A stretch of DNA of 61,282 nt, filler included, from a bacterium (lineage in GTDB: Bacteria; UBA9089; CG2-30-40-21; SBAY01), in the NCBI GenBank assembly GCA_040757115.1. It is 4 parts of 4 records of this genome, joined end to end, with 100 filler letters (N's around TTAATTAATTAA, not from the genome) between each part and the next. Parts side by side here need not be neighbours in the genome. Positions count along the whole stretch, not along the records: positions 1 to 15,447 come from JBFLYA010000085.1; positions 15,548 to 30,954 come from JBFLYA010000086.1; 2 more parts are not named here. The stretch is one strand, 5' to 3'. The notes below the pieces were generated by a model. That model made no database searches and was not told the DNA's origin. It saw only the letters and a program-made list of their open reading frames with translations. How positions within the stretch are numbered: position 1 is the first letter of the stretch; every line of letters begins with the position of its first letter. This document shows positions 10,256 through 19,853 of this stretch, in pieces. The position numbers and the translations under genes were made by a program.

Positions 10256-11283
10256 CAATTTATCCGCTCCTTTTTTGGTTGATAAATACAATTAGGCTCC
10301 TGGTCTAAGTAATCACCTGTTTTCGCATAGGCTCGTGCTCGGCAACCACCACACACATTGATATATTCACATCGTCCACATTTACCTTTGTATTTAGAAA
10401 AATCACGCAATTCGTTAAAGACTTGCGAATTTTCCCAGACATCTTTAAAACTCTGGGTTTTAATATCGCCACAACGAACATCTAAATAACCGCACGGGAA
10501 TACCTCACCTTTGTAAGAGATGAAGCAATAAGAAGTTGCGGCCAAGCAACCTTTGCTTAAGGGAAAATGTTGTTCACCTTTTTCTATCTGTTGCATAATC
10601 CTGAAATAATGTGGGGCACAGGTAGTTCTTATTTCAATATTTGTTACTTTACTTTTTTTATATAACCAGGTTAAGACATCTTCGTATTCCGTGAGGCTTA
10701 ATTCCTGTTTCTCCATTGTCTTAGCTCTGCCAGTTGGGACAAGGAAGAAGAAATGGCAGGCAACCGCACCCAATTTAATGCTTAAATTGATTATATCATT
10801 GAGTTCTAGATAATTTTGTTTTGTAACCGTAGTATTAATCTGGAATTCAAGACCACTTCTTTTTGCCCATTTTAGTCCTTCTAAAGCCTTTTCAAATGCT
10901 CCCTGTTGTCTAATTTTATTATGGGTTTTAGCCGCCGCACCATCCAGACTAACACTAATTCTTTTAATTCCAACATCTTTTATTCGCTCAGTGACTTTCT
11001 CATTAATCAAAGTTCCATTACAACCGATGACAACGGTAAATTCCTTACTTATGGCATAAGAGGCTATTTTAAATATATCCTGTCGAAGTAGTGGCTCACC
11101 GCCAGAAAGGATAAGTATGGGATGGCTAACTTTAGCAATTTCATCAATTAAAACAAATGCCTCCTCTGTAGATAACTCATCCTCATCAAATCTATTACTA
11201 TTAATCGCACTTGCCCGACAATGGATGCAAGAAAGATTACATCTTCGAGTAACCTCCCAGGCTACTAATCTCAAATTATTCAC
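10255..11283 (-). CDS. Radical SAM/SPASM protein, AhbD/NirJ-like (heme b synthase family)
   Basis: AWEVTRRCNLSCIHC, SGGEPLLR, TCAPHY, SPASM cysteines CGRCEYINVCGGCRARA. Confidence 0.8.
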   Translation of the reverse strand: MNNLRLVAWEVTRRCNLSCIHCRASAINSNRFDEDELSTEEAFVLIDEIAKVSHPILILSGGEPLLRQDIFKIASYAISKEFTVVIGCNGTLINEKVTERIKDVGIKRISVSLDGAAAKTHNKIRQQGAFEKALEGLKWAKRSGLEFQINTTVTKQNYLELNDIINLSIKLGAVACHFFFLVPTGRAKTMEKQELSLTEYEDVLTWLYKKSKVTNIEIRTTCAPHYFRIMQQIEKGEQHFPLSKGCLAATSYCFISYKGEVFPCGYLDVRCGDIKTQSFKDVWENSQVFNELRDFSKYKGKCGRCEYINVCGGCRARAYAKTGDYLDQEPNCIYQPKKERIN

Positions 11284-11292
11284 CTTATTTTT

Positions 11293-11321
11293 ATTATACC
11301 CTTATAATTTGTTTCTGTCAA
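11293..11321 (-). promoter_or_regulatory. sigma70 promoter TTGACA-17-TATAAT for the radical SAM-hisC operon (near-leaderless)
   Basis: tgtcaa 11316-11321 and attata 11293-11298; GTG start at 11283. Confidence 0.7.
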
Positions 11322-11339
11322 GAGAAATCTCGTGAAACC

Positions 11340-11476
11340 CAGTAATTCTCGGTGAATTTTTAGAGACTGAATTCACCTATGTTTAGGAGAGATAGAAAAA
11401 AATATTTTTCGTAAAGATTTTGAGAGGAAAATAAGGAATAATGAGTCTCTATCTAATTTTCCACCGAGAATTACTG
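11340..11476. repeat. Miniature inverted-repeat element with perfect 15-bp terminal inverted repeats
   Basis: CAGTAATTCTCGGTG (11340) and CACCGAGAATTACTG (11462-11476), with further imperfect pairing inside. Confidence 0.6.
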
Positions 11477-11493
11477 ATAGATCAAAATTTTTA

Positions 11494-11522
11494 TTGACAT
11501 GGGATAAAATTTGTGGTAAAAT
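11494..11522 (+). promoter_or_regulatory. sigma70 promoter TTGACA-17-TAAAAT for the DUF4384 cluster
   Basis: Consensus hexamers ending 9 nt before ATG 11532. Confidence 0.65.
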
Positions 11523-11531
11523 ATAACCATA

Positions 11532-12404
11532 ATGATTAAAAGTGAAGGTAACATCAAAAATGACCCAAAAGCAAATTCCTATCAGTTCAGTAATGAATAC
11601 AAGGCTGGAAACCAATCACATCCTATTGCTGACCTATTTGGCACGAAAGAAATGTTACAGATTGTCATCAAGAAATTGTCAAGTCAATCGCTAATCTTCA
11701 GTTTGGCGTTTATTGTCATCCTGGTGATAGCCTACAAGCTCTGTGGCAATCAAGGATTACCGATTATTGCAGCCATTCTCTTCGTTTTTCTGGTAGGTAT
11801 GTTTGCCTATTTATTCTTTGAGCAGAAGAGCAAAGTTAAGCATGAAGACCCATCAACCATAAGCCAACTGCTCGGAGAGAAGCTCAACGCTATCACAAAG
11901 CCAACGGGAGACTTTTCTGTCCATGTGTGGACCTCTCTCGCCGCCGAGACCAGTGTGGAGAGTCGTGATATTAATATTATCCCATCAGCGAAACAAGCTA
12001 AGTATCGTATTGGCGACAAGATTAATGTGTGCTTCCGTTCCACTAAGGACTGCTATTTGACCTTGCTGAATATCGGTACGAGTGGAAAACTGACCATTTT
12101 ATTTCCCAATGGGCTATATCGTAACAATTTGATTTCAGCCAATCAGAGCTATGAAATTCCTGGCAAAGAGTATGGTTTTGAATACGGACTGCTGGGACCG
12201 CCGGGAATCGAAAAGTTGAAAGCCATCGCTACATTGGAGAAGGTAGAATTACTGGCGTCGCAATTCTCATCGGATGGTTCGCTGTTTCGGATAGAGACGC
12301 CGGCAGCCGCGGCGCGTGATATTACAGTAATCAAGAAAAATGTCGAAGCGATTCCGACAGACAAATGGACTGAAGCAACCTGTGAGTTTCGTGTTAACCA
12401 ATAG
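11532..12404 (+). CDS. Membrane-anchored DUF4384-domain protein
   Basis: Two N-terminal transmembrane segments; YRIGDKI...DCYLTLLNIGTSGKLTILFPN...GPPGIEKLKAIAT is typical of DUF4384. Confidence 0.8.
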   Translation: MIKSEGNIKNDPKANSYQFSNEYKAGNQSHPIADLFGTKEMLQIVIKKLSSQSLIFSLAFIVILVIAYKLCGNQGLPIIAAILFVFLVGMFAYLFFEQKSKVKHEDPSTISQLLGEKLNAITKPTGDFSVHVWTSLAAETSVESRDINIIPSAKQAKYRIGDKINVCFRSTKDCYLTLLNIGTSGKLTILFPNGLYRNNLISANQSYEIPGKEYGFEYGLLGPPGIEKLKAIATLEKVELLASQFSSDGSLFRIETPAAAARDITVIKKNVEAIPTDKWTEATCEFRVNQ

Positions 12405-12456
12405 CATGTGTAAAACAACCTTGCGGTTAACAAATCCAAAAAGGAGGAGCACTATC

Positions 12457-12810
12457 ATGTTTTGTCCAAAATGTGGTTTTGAAAATCCAGATGGAGCTAA
12501 GTTCTGTGGTAAATGTGGCACTTCCATGACAATAGATTACCCGACTGAGCCACAAACCCAAATAGGGAAACCGCCTTTCCCACCAGATGGTGCACCAGTC
12601 TCATCGGGGTTGAAGACGGGCATCATTGTCGGCACATTGTTCATACCATTGCTCGGCATTATCATGGGAATAATCTACATGAACGATCCTAATCCCGCCA
12701 AAAAAGCCGTTGGGCGATTATGGTTGTGGGTAGGCATCAGTGTGTGTGTACTCTCATGTATCTGCGGGATAATAGCCTATGTGATTGGTATGTCGGGGAG
12801 TTATTATTAG
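12457..12810 (+). CDS. Zinc-ribbon membrane protein
   Basis: MFCPKCG...FCGKCG, Pro-rich linker, two transmembrane helices; RBS AGGAGG. Confidence 0.85.
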   Translation: MFCPKCGFENPDGAKFCGKCGTSMTIDYPTEPQTQIGKPPFPPDGAPVSSGLKTGIIVGTLFIPLLGIIMGIIYMNDPNPAKKAVGRLWLWVGISVCVLSCICGIIAYVIGMSGSYY

Positions 12811-12812
12811 CG

Positions 12813-13376
12813 ATGTCTGTTCTGTATGATCTCTGTGGATTGATATGTCACCAATTGCCAGGTCGCTCGTCGCACTTTGATGGTATTGTCTTCCCCCTCT
12901 GTTTTCGGTGTTCAGGCTTGCATTTCGGAGTGGTATCGTCATACCTCTATCTGGCAGTAAGCGGTGGGTGGAAGCGCAGTTTCCCAGATGTTCGAAGTGG
13001 GGTTAGCGCTAGCTTGCTGATGGTGCCATTTTTGCTGGATGGCTGGGGCAACACGCTACACCTGTGGGCATCGCCAGGGTGGTTTCGGGCTCTCACAGGT
13101 TTAGGTATGGGTATGGTGCTACCGCTGTTACTGGTTCCTCTAATCCATCAGCCGGCACAAATAACGACTTCCGAGCTCAAACCATCACTGTCGCATCCCA
13201 CTACCCTGATTTGGCCGGCAATACCAGGCCTTATAATGGTATGGTTTATGATGCATCCGATGGTGCTGCTCATATTCCAACTTCTGACCATTACTGTATT
13301 AGTGGGAATACTAATATTTGGTATCAATTTCCTCTTAGTGTCGCGTGTTGTATTAACGGAGATATTTTTTTCGTAA
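12813..13376 (+). CDS. DUF2085-family membrane protein
   Basis: ICHQLPGRS...PLCFRCSGL...PFLLDG signature; the stop codon is supplied by the adjacent element's GTAA end. Confidence 0.8.
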   Translation: MSVLYDLCGLICHQLPGRSSHFDGIVFPLCFRCSGLHFGVVSSYLYLAVSGGWKRSFPDVRSGVSASLLMVPFLLDGWGNTLHLWASPGWFRALTGLGMGMVLPLLLVPLIHQPAQITTSELKPSLSHPTTLIWPAIPGLIMVWFMMHPMVLLIFQLLTITVLVGILIFGINFLLVSRVVLTEIFFS

Positions 13377-13589
13377 CCGTTCAGGCTATATATCAAAAGT
13401 GTAAGAAAGGGGATAAGGAGATAAGAGTGATATGGAGATAAGATAATAGAAATAGGTAGAAATTGATTGTGGAAAACAACAAATTTCCATAAATTTCTAT
13501 TAGTTTCTATTAATTTCAATTTTTTTATAATATCTCCCTATCTCCTTAATCTCCACATCTCCTTATTGTTACATCACCTGAACGCTTAC
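13373..13589. mobile_element. Miniature element, family A (~237-bp AT-rich imperfect palindrome; this copy is slightly shortened)
   Basis: GTAACCGTTCAGG...CCTGAACGCTTAC; near-identical to 44250-44486 and 60660-60896. Confidence 0.85.
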
Positions 13590-13731
13590 GGAAATTATAT
13601 ACCCTATCGCGAAATTGTAAAAACTGGGGGAGGCAAGTCAAATTTACATAATTGTCTGAAAATATAGAAGGTTAAGAGAAATTTAGGTAAAAGTTTTTGA
13701 CATTAACAACCTCAGCAAGGGAGATAAAATC

Positions 13732-14988
13732 ATGAGTGAAGTATTTAGTGGTTCAGTAGCGACAGTAGCAATCAAATCTGCTTATGCGCTGATTGTAGGC
13801 ATTGGACAATATAGCGATCCGCGTATTCGAAAGCTTGATTTCACTCATGCCGATGCTCAAGCATTTTGTGACTTATTGTTGAATCCACAGCACGTTGGAT
13901 TCTTAAAGGAGAATGTCAAACTGCTATTGGACGAGCAGGCGACTTTATTCAATATCAAGAATGCGATTACTGGATGGCTCTATAAATACACCGGTTCCGA
14001 ATCGACGGTAATTATTTTCTTCGCTGGACATGGCGGTGTAGAAAGTGACAAGGAAGACACTGAAAAAGATGGGATTGCCAAATATCTTCTGCCGTGGGAT
14101 ACGAACCCTGACGATTTATTTGCCTCAGCGCTATCAAACACCGACTTTCACCGGCTATTGAGCACGATTAAGGCTCAGCGATTGATTATTTTCCTGGATG
14201 CATGCTACGCGGGTGGCGTGGCTCAGCGAGGATCGCGGGATTTGGGAATCGTAGAAAATCCCTGCGAGCGGTTGGCACAGGGAGAAGGCAGGTTAGTGAT
14301 TTCAGCGGCTAAACCGAATCAACGTTCCTGGGAAGACCCTACCATTGGCCATGGTATTTTTACCCATCATCTACTGGAGGCGCTAAAGGGCAAAGCAGAT
14401 ATGGACAACGACGGCTATGTGTCAATCTGGGAGGTCTATAAATACCTCGAACGGGAGGTGTCCCAGAGCGCGCGATGTTTGGCCAAAAGTATCCAGGAAC
14501 CTCTTTTCTGTGGGGACATGGCAAAAGATATCTTTCTGACCGCAGACGCCCAGCGCATAGCCAAACTTGCCTTTCAGCGTTCCGAAGCCGAACGCCGGTG
14601 CAGAGAGGAAATACAACTGAAACGACGCAAGCTGTTCGATCTTTATGATCGCGGCGAATTCCCATCAGACGCTTATCAGGAAGCTATGAGCCTTATCGAC
14701 AAACCTCTCACTGAAATGACTACAAAGGATAGCAAATTAGCGAAGAATCTTGAGGCACTGTTAAAGGACGGACTTTCCGCTGAGGTCTATCTTGAAAACC
14801 GTGACTCTATTCGTTCACAAATGGAACGAAAAGATTCCGACCGTTCCCCAGTTCAACCTCCACCACAAGACACTAAATCCCCAGGGCTAAAGCCACCTAA
14901 AACAGAGATGAAATATTGTATTCATTGTGGTACGCAAATCAATCTTCAGAACAAGTTTTGCATTAACTGCGGTTGGTCAATTCAATGA
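13732..14988 (+). CDS. Caspase-family (peptidase C14, meta/orthocaspase) protease with C-terminal zinc ribbon
   Basis: YALIVGIGQY; catalytic His in FFAGHG and Cys in FLDACYAG; GHGIFTHHLLEALKG; C-terminal CIHCG...FCINCG. Confidence 0.9.
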   Translation: MSEVFSGSVATVAIKSAYALIVGIGQYSDPRIRKLDFTHADAQAFCDLLLNPQHVGFLKENVKLLLDEQATLFNIKNAITGWLYKYTGSESTVIIFFAGHGGVESDKEDTEKDGIAKYLLPWDTNPDDLFASALSNTDFHRLLSTIKAQRLIIFLDACYAGGVAQRGSRDLGIVENPCERLAQGEGRLVISAAKPNQRSWEDPTIGHGIFTHHLLEALKGKADMDNDGYVSIWEVYKYLEREVSQSARCLAKSIQEPLFCGDMAKDIFLTADAQRIAKLAFQRSEAERRCREEIQLKRRKLFDLYDRGEFPSDAYQEAMSLIDKPLTEMTTKDSKLAKNLEALLKDGLSAEVYLENRDSIRSQMERKDSDRSPVQPPPQDTKSPGLKPPKTEMKYCIHCGTQINLQNKFCINCGWSIQ

Positions 14989-15351
14989 GGTTTAGGGGGG
15001 TAAACCTCGAAAGCGGAATTAACTCAGTTCCTGCATTTTCTGGGTCATCAGTGTACTATTATTCATTCCCAGATGACCTCATTAGCAATCAAATACAGGC
15101 CCATCTTTACAAACGCGTTTATCGATGGTTTTCTCTCCATCTCTAACATTTATTACGCAACCCAGACATGCCCCTACTCCACAGGTTTTTATTGTAAGCG
15201 GATTAAACGGATTGAGCGGATTTTTTTTATTTCTTTTTCCGCTAAATCCGCTTACTAAATCCCCCCGCTTACTATAAAAATCTGCTTACTTAATTTTCTA
15301 CCTGAACAGGTCGCAAAATTTTTCGACCTGTGCGGTTAGGTTTTAGGTTAT

Positions 15352-15440
15352 TGACGCTGAAAGCGTCGAATTTTAAATAACCGTAGATGCAATCTACGGA
15401 AATAAACGCCCGCAAAACTCGACCCTGAAAGGGTCGAATG
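15352..15440. repeat. REP-like paired short palindromes at a contig end
   Basis: GACGCTGAAAGCGTC, CCGTAGATGCAATCTACGG, CGACCCTGAAAGGGTCG. Confidence 0.55.
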
Positions 15441-15447
15441 TAATCCA

Positions 15448-15547
15448 NNNNNNNNNNNNNNNNNNNNNNNNNNNNNNNNNNNNNNNNNNNNTTAATTAAT
15501 TAANNNNNNNNNNNNNNNNNNNNNNNNNNNNNNNNNNNNNNNNNNNN
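15448..15547. other. Artificial contig linker (also at 30955-31054 and 46196-46295)
   Basis: N-run containing TTAATTAATTAA (stop codons in all frames). Confidence 0.95.
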
Positions 15548-15548
15548 T

Positions 15549-15780
15549 AAAGATAGATGATGCGGGCGCTAATTGTTTAAAGGAAATTGTCGAACAAAGG
15601 ATAAATAATAAAGAGTTTGAAATTGGATATGAGGATGTTCTGCCAGTTTTATTTAAAAAGATACCTTTTAATTACGAATTAGTTGATGGATTACAGTGGG
15701 TAGAGATTGATTTCCCGGAGGATATAAAACAGGCGGAGCATCTGGATAAGTTACATCTGTCCAATAAAAGATGTGGATAA
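15549..15780 (+). CDS. 3' end of a phosphocholine/phosphonate cytidylyltransferase-like gene (truncated by contig start)
   Basis: Translates ...YEDVL...GLQWVEIDFPEDIKQAEHLDKL...*, the WxEIDxxED motif of LicC-type NTP transferases. Confidence 0.7.
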
Positions 15781-15807
15781 AGATAAGTCTATTGGGAAGG
15801 TAAGATA

Positions 15808-17487
15808 ATGTCTCAACAAAAGGAAAATAAAGCCAGCCAACTGAGAAAGATATTTAAGAAGAAAGGGATTATTCGTATTGTTGGAGCACATGATGGTTTG
15901 AGTGCCAAATTAGTAGAAAAGAATGGGTTTGATGGCGTCTGGGCAAGTGGATTAGAAATATCAACATCATTTGCTGTCCCGGATGCGAATATTCTGACGA
16001 TGAGTCAGTATTTAGAGGTAGCAAAAACGATGAATGATGCGGTTTCTATCCCGATTATAGCAGACTGTGATACAGGTTATGGGAATTCTAATAATGTGAT
16101 GTATATGGTTAAAAAATATGAATCTGCGGGAATTGCGGCGGTTGTCATCGAAGATAAACAATTTCCAAAAGTCAACAGTTTTATTCCTGGAAGACAGGAA
16201 TTAGCACCGTTATCTGAATTTGTCGGAAAGATTCTGGCGGCGAAAAGTGTGCAGGAACATCCTGATTTTATGGTCATTGCTCGTGTGGAGGCATTAATTG
16301 CTGGCTGGGGACAAGAAGAAGCATTGCGCCGGGCTAATGCCTATGTTGATGCCGGAGCAGACGCAATCCTTATTCACTCTAAATCAAAAACCCCTGACGA
16401 AATTATTGAATTCATCCACGCATGGAATAATAAATCCCCGTTAGTCGTAGTTCCGACTACTTATTCTGCGGTTACCGCTGAGGAATTGGAAAAATTAGGG
16501 ATAAAAATGGTCATTTATGCTAATCATGGTATTCGAGCCTCAATAAAGGCAATGGAGATGACTTTTAGTGCCATCGCCGCTTATGGCACAACAAAACCCA
16601 TTGAAAAAGATATCGCCTCGATGGAAGAAGTCTTTGAACTTCAAGGTATGTCCGTAATGAAGTTGATGGAGAAGAAATACTATCGACCCCAGGAACCAAT
16701 CAAAGTTATTATCCCGGCGGCTGGGAGTTATGAAGATGAAATAAGTTTAAAGGATATTATGCAAGATATTCCTATGCCGATGATTGATATTAGGGGGAAA
16801 TCACTCCTTCAAAGACAACAAGAAACCCTTAATACCCTCTCTATTCAAGATATTACTGTCGTGGGTGGACATCGAGGGGATAAAATTCAATTAGATGGTG
16901 TGGCGGTGATTCAAAATAATGATTATAAAAATACCCGTGATTTAGAATCAATTATGTGTGCCCGCGATAAGTTAGAAGGGAAGGTGTTAATCTGTTATTC
17001 AGACATACTTTTTGATGCAGATGTGATTGACAAACTTTTAAAAAGTATGGCAGATATTTCTATTCTTGCTGACCCAACTTATGTTGAGCGGACGGGTAAA
17101 AAACCAGATATGGATTTAGTTTCTGCCGAAAGTCCTCCTATGCTCAATAAAAGGAGAATTCTAAGCGTAGCCAAAACTAATTATGCGGTAAAAATTGGCA
17201 CTGACATCCCGGAAGAACAAAGACATTATGAATTTACAGGCATAACTTTTCTTTCTGCCGCCGGAACCCAAAAAATAAAAGACTGGTATGAAAAATCAAA
17301 GATAAAATATGCCAATCGATCATTCCATACCGCCCCAAATTTTAAACAGGCTTCATTGACAGACCTTTTGCAAGAAATGATTGATGGTGGAGAAAAAATA
17401 GCCATTGTTGAAATAACATCCGGCTGGATGGAAGTGCACACAATGGAAAATTATAAACTTAGTTGTGACCTTCTGGCAGGTAAATAA
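15808..17487 (+). CDS. pepM: Phosphoenolpyruvate mutase fused to a C-terminal NTP-transferase (cytidylyltransferase) domain
   Basis: PepM signature EDK-X5-NS (EDKQFPKVNS), DCDTGYG; second domain IIPAAG...ICYSDILF...WMEVHT. Confidence 0.92.
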   Translation: MSQQKENKASQLRKIFKKKGIIRIVGAHDGLSAKLVEKNGFDGVWASGLEISTSFAVPDANILTMSQYLEVAKTMNDAVSIPIIADCDTGYGNSNNVMYMVKKYESAGIAAVVIEDKQFPKVNSFIPGRQELAPLSEFVGKILAAKSVQEHPDFMVIARVEALIAGWGQEEALRRANAYVDAGADAILIHSKSKTPDEIIEFIHAWNNKSPLVVVPTTYSAVTAEELEKLGIKMVIYANHGIRASIKAMEMTFSAIAAYGTTKPIEKDIASMEEVFELQGMSVMKLMEKKYYRPQEPIKVIIPAAGSYEDEISLKDIMQDIPMPMIDIRGKSLLQRQQETLNTLSIQDITVVGGHRGDKIQLDGVAVIQNNDYKNTRDLESIMCARDKLEGKVLICYSDILFDADVIDKLLKSMADISILADPTYVERTGKKPDMDLVSAESPPMLNKRRILSVAKTNYAVKIGTDIPEEQRHYEFTGITFLSAAGTQKIKDWYEKSKIKYANRSFHTAPNFKQASLTDLLQEMIDGGEKIAIVEITSGWMEVHTMENYKLSCDLLAGK

Positions 17488-17488
17488 A

Positions 17489-17980
17489 ATGATAGCCCCA
17501 AAAGATTTTTGTAGTGCTTTAAAAAAAAGAGGATTTACTTTTTTGTCTGGAGTGCCGTGTTCGCTCCTTACCGACATCCTTAATTATATTTATACGGATA
17601 AGGAAATAACCTATATCCCTGTCCCAAGAGAAGATGCGGCATTAGGGATAGCCAGTGGGGCGGCTCTATGCGGACAAAAAGGCGGAATTCTTATCCAGAA
17701 TTCAGGATTAGGAAATATTATAAATGGCTTGACTTCTTTTAACCTCATTTATCATCTCCCGCTACTGATGATAATTACCTGGAGAGGTTTTGAAGGCAAA
17801 GATGCTCCGGAACACTTAATTATGGGTGCAAAAATGACTGATTTCCTTGATTTATTAAATATACCCTACAGGATTCTCTCCGCATCGAATTATGAAGAAT
17901 CTCTAAATTTTTCCATTGACTCAATGGAAAAAGAACATAAACCAGTGGCTTTAATATTAAAAGAAGGTGTCATCGGATGA
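17489..17980 (+). CDS. Phosphonopyruvate decarboxylase, alpha subunit (ComD-like)
   Basis: GVPCSLL, REDAALGIASG, QNSGLGN, WRG...DAPEH. Confidence 0.85.
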   Translation: MIAPKDFCSALKKRGFTFLSGVPCSLLTDILNYIYTDKEITYIPVPREDAALGIASGAALCGQKGGILIQNSGLGNIINGLTSFNLIYHLPLLMIITWRGFEGKDAPEHLIMGAKMTDFLDLLNIPYRILSASNYEESLNFSIDSMEKEHKPVALILKEGVIG

Positions 17981-18582
17981 AACGAGATGAAGCCATTAAG
18001 ATAATCCTGGATAATCTAAATGAGGAAGATTTTGCCCTTTTTACCACCGGGATGATTTCTCGGGAGGCATTTGCCATAAAAGATAGAAAGACTAATTTCT
18101 ATATGATGGGTTCTATGGGTTTGCTCTCTGCAGTAGGATTGGGTATTTCTTTATGTTCACCTCTTAAAAAGGTGATTGTCGTAGAAGGAGATGGGAGTAT
18201 TTTGATGAGTCTGGGTAACCTTCCGATGATTGGGGTATGTTCACCGGCTAATTTTATTCATCTTGTTTTAGATAATGAATCTTATGAGTCCACCGGCAAT
18301 CAACCAACAATTACTAAAGACATTGATTTATCTAAAAGTGTCCAGACATTTGGATATAAAAACATATCAAAGGTCGATAATATCCAGGACTTTGCCCAGA
18401 AATTTAAAGAATTTTTAAAGGCTGAAGGACCTAATTTTATATTGGTTAAAGTAGAATCTTCAAGACTAAAAGGAGTTCCAAGAATTAGTTTTAGTCCTGA
18501 AGAATTAACTGAGAGATTTAGAGATAGTTCAAATCAGGGTATGACCCTGCGGCACACAAAGGAAAATGAAAATAGTAGGTAG
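17977..18582 (+). CDS. Phosphonopyruvate decarboxylase, beta subunit (TPP-binding, ComE-like)
   Basis: NFYMMGSMG, GDGSILM, LDNESYESTGNQPT. Confidence 0.85.
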   Translation: MKRDEAIKIILDNLNEEDFALFTTGMISREAFAIKDRKTNFYMMGSMGLLSAVGLGISLCSPLKKVIVVEGDGSILMSLGNLPMIGVCSPANFIHLVLDNESYESTGNQPTITKDIDLSKSVQTFGYKNISKVDNIQDFAQKFKEFLKAEGPNFILVKVESSRLKGVPRISFSPEELTERFRDSSNQGMTLRHTKENENSR

Positions 18583-18674
18583 GAGATAGAAGGTGGGAGG
18601 TAAGGAGATAGGCGTGAGGAGTGATGTTTTCTTTACTTTCTACTCTCTACTTTCTACTTCCTATTTTCAGGAGA
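18566..18674 (+). repeat. Dispersed palindromic repeat, family D (second copy 48389-48504, opposite strand)
   Basis: ATGAAAATAGTAGGTAGGAG...CTACTTCCTATTTTCAGGAGA is nearly identical at both sites. Confidence 0.8.
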
Positions 18675-18685
18675 GGAGATATAAA

Positions 18686-19846
18686 ATGAGAAAAAAATTA
18701 TTTAGGTGGCTGATTATTTTACTATTTATCCCCGGGCATTGTTATGCCGATGAATGGATGATTGGTGTTGGTGATTCTATGGTCCTCGAGGTCCCTAATT
18801 TAGAAAAAATGGCTATTGGGGATCCGAGAATAGCCGATGCTACGGTTGTCGCACCAGAACAAATACTCATTAATGGTCTCCATGAAGGCGTAACTTCATT
18901 ACACATCTGGGCAAAAAAAATCGTTAAAAAACATACCATACGCGTCATAGAAAAGGAATTCCCGCTTCAAGAAATCTCTAAAATAAAAGGTTTAGAAAAT
19001 ATTACCGCTTCATTTGTTGGCAAATCTTTAGTCTTAAAAGGTCAGGTTAAAACTCAACATGAAAAACAAAACGCTGAAAGATTGGCTAATGCCTTCAATG
19101 AGTGGGTGATAAATCTGATTGAAGTTCAGGAACCGCTCCAAATATTAGTCAATTTACAAATTGTAGATATGAGCACAAAAGATTGGTTACAACTGGGGTC
19201 TAAGTGGAAAATAGAAGGTAAGATTGAAGACCGAAAATATGAAGGTTACACGCAAGGATTTAAGGAAGGATTAAATATTGGTATCATAAAAGACGATGCA
19301 GGACTTCTGCCTGGTCTAAATGTCGAAATAGAGGCATTAAAGGAAAAAGGTAAGGCTAAAACACTATCTTCACCCAGCATTCTGACTTTAAGTGGTAAAC
19401 AGGCGTATGTAAATGTAGGTGGTAAAATACCTGTTCCCACAACAGTGACTCAGGTTAATCAAACAACAAATAGTGGAATTGAATGGGTTGACTACGGTAT
19501 TCAGCTTAAAATTACACCAGTGGCAGATGCAGATAATAATATTAACCTGAAAATTGATACCGCTATTTCTACTCCTGATTGGTCACGAATACTTAATAAT
19601 GTCCCCGCGATGATTTCAAAAAATGTTGTTACAGAGGTGAATGTTAGAAGTAAAGATACCGTTATCATTAGTGGATTGACTGAAGTAAAAAAGAGCACGA
19701 CAACTAAAAGAGTGCCTCTAATTGGTAGAATACCTCTTTTAGGTGCACTATTTTCTTACAAGGCGATTAAAGAAGATGAAACGGAATTAATTGCGATTAT
19801 CACCCCGGAAATTGTTAAAACCGGTCAACTCGCAACGAGTCAGTAG
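18686..19846 (+). CDS. CpaC/RcpA-like (Tad/Flp) secretin
   Basis: Signal peptide; pilus-assembly N-domain (AIGDPRIADA...GVTSLHIW); secretin core (LSSPSILTLSG, VPLIGRIPLLGALF). Confidence 0.82.
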   Translation: MRKKLFRWLIILLFIPGHCYADEWMIGVGDSMVLEVPNLEKMAIGDPRIADATVVAPEQILINGLHEGVTSLHIWAKKIVKKHTIRVIEKEFPLQEISKIKGLENITASFVGKSLVLKGQVKTQHEKQNAERLANAFNEWVINLIEVQEPLQILVNLQIVDMSTKDWLQLGSKWKIEGKIEDRKYEGYTQGFKEGLNIGIIKDDAGLLPGLNVEIEALKEKGKAKTLSSPSILTLSGKQAYVNVGGKIPVPTTVTQVNQTTNSGIEWVDYGIQLKITPVADADNNINLKIDTAISTPDWSRILNNVPAMISKNVVTEVNVRSKDTVIISGLTEVKKSTTTKRVPLIGRIPLLGALFSYKAIKEDETELIAIITPEIVKTGQLATSQ

Positions 19847-19853
19847 TGTATTC

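Noticed and set aside
13148-13667. Short ORFs in or across family A/B elements (also 8873, 44084, 44349, 58035, 58150, 60985)
   Set aside because: They are translations of repeat DNA with low-complexity products.
18593-18685. Shared N-terminus MGGKEIGVRSDVFFTFY on the secretin and NIL-ferredoxin ORFs
   Set aside because: Comes from repeat family D; the true starts are 18686 and 48384.
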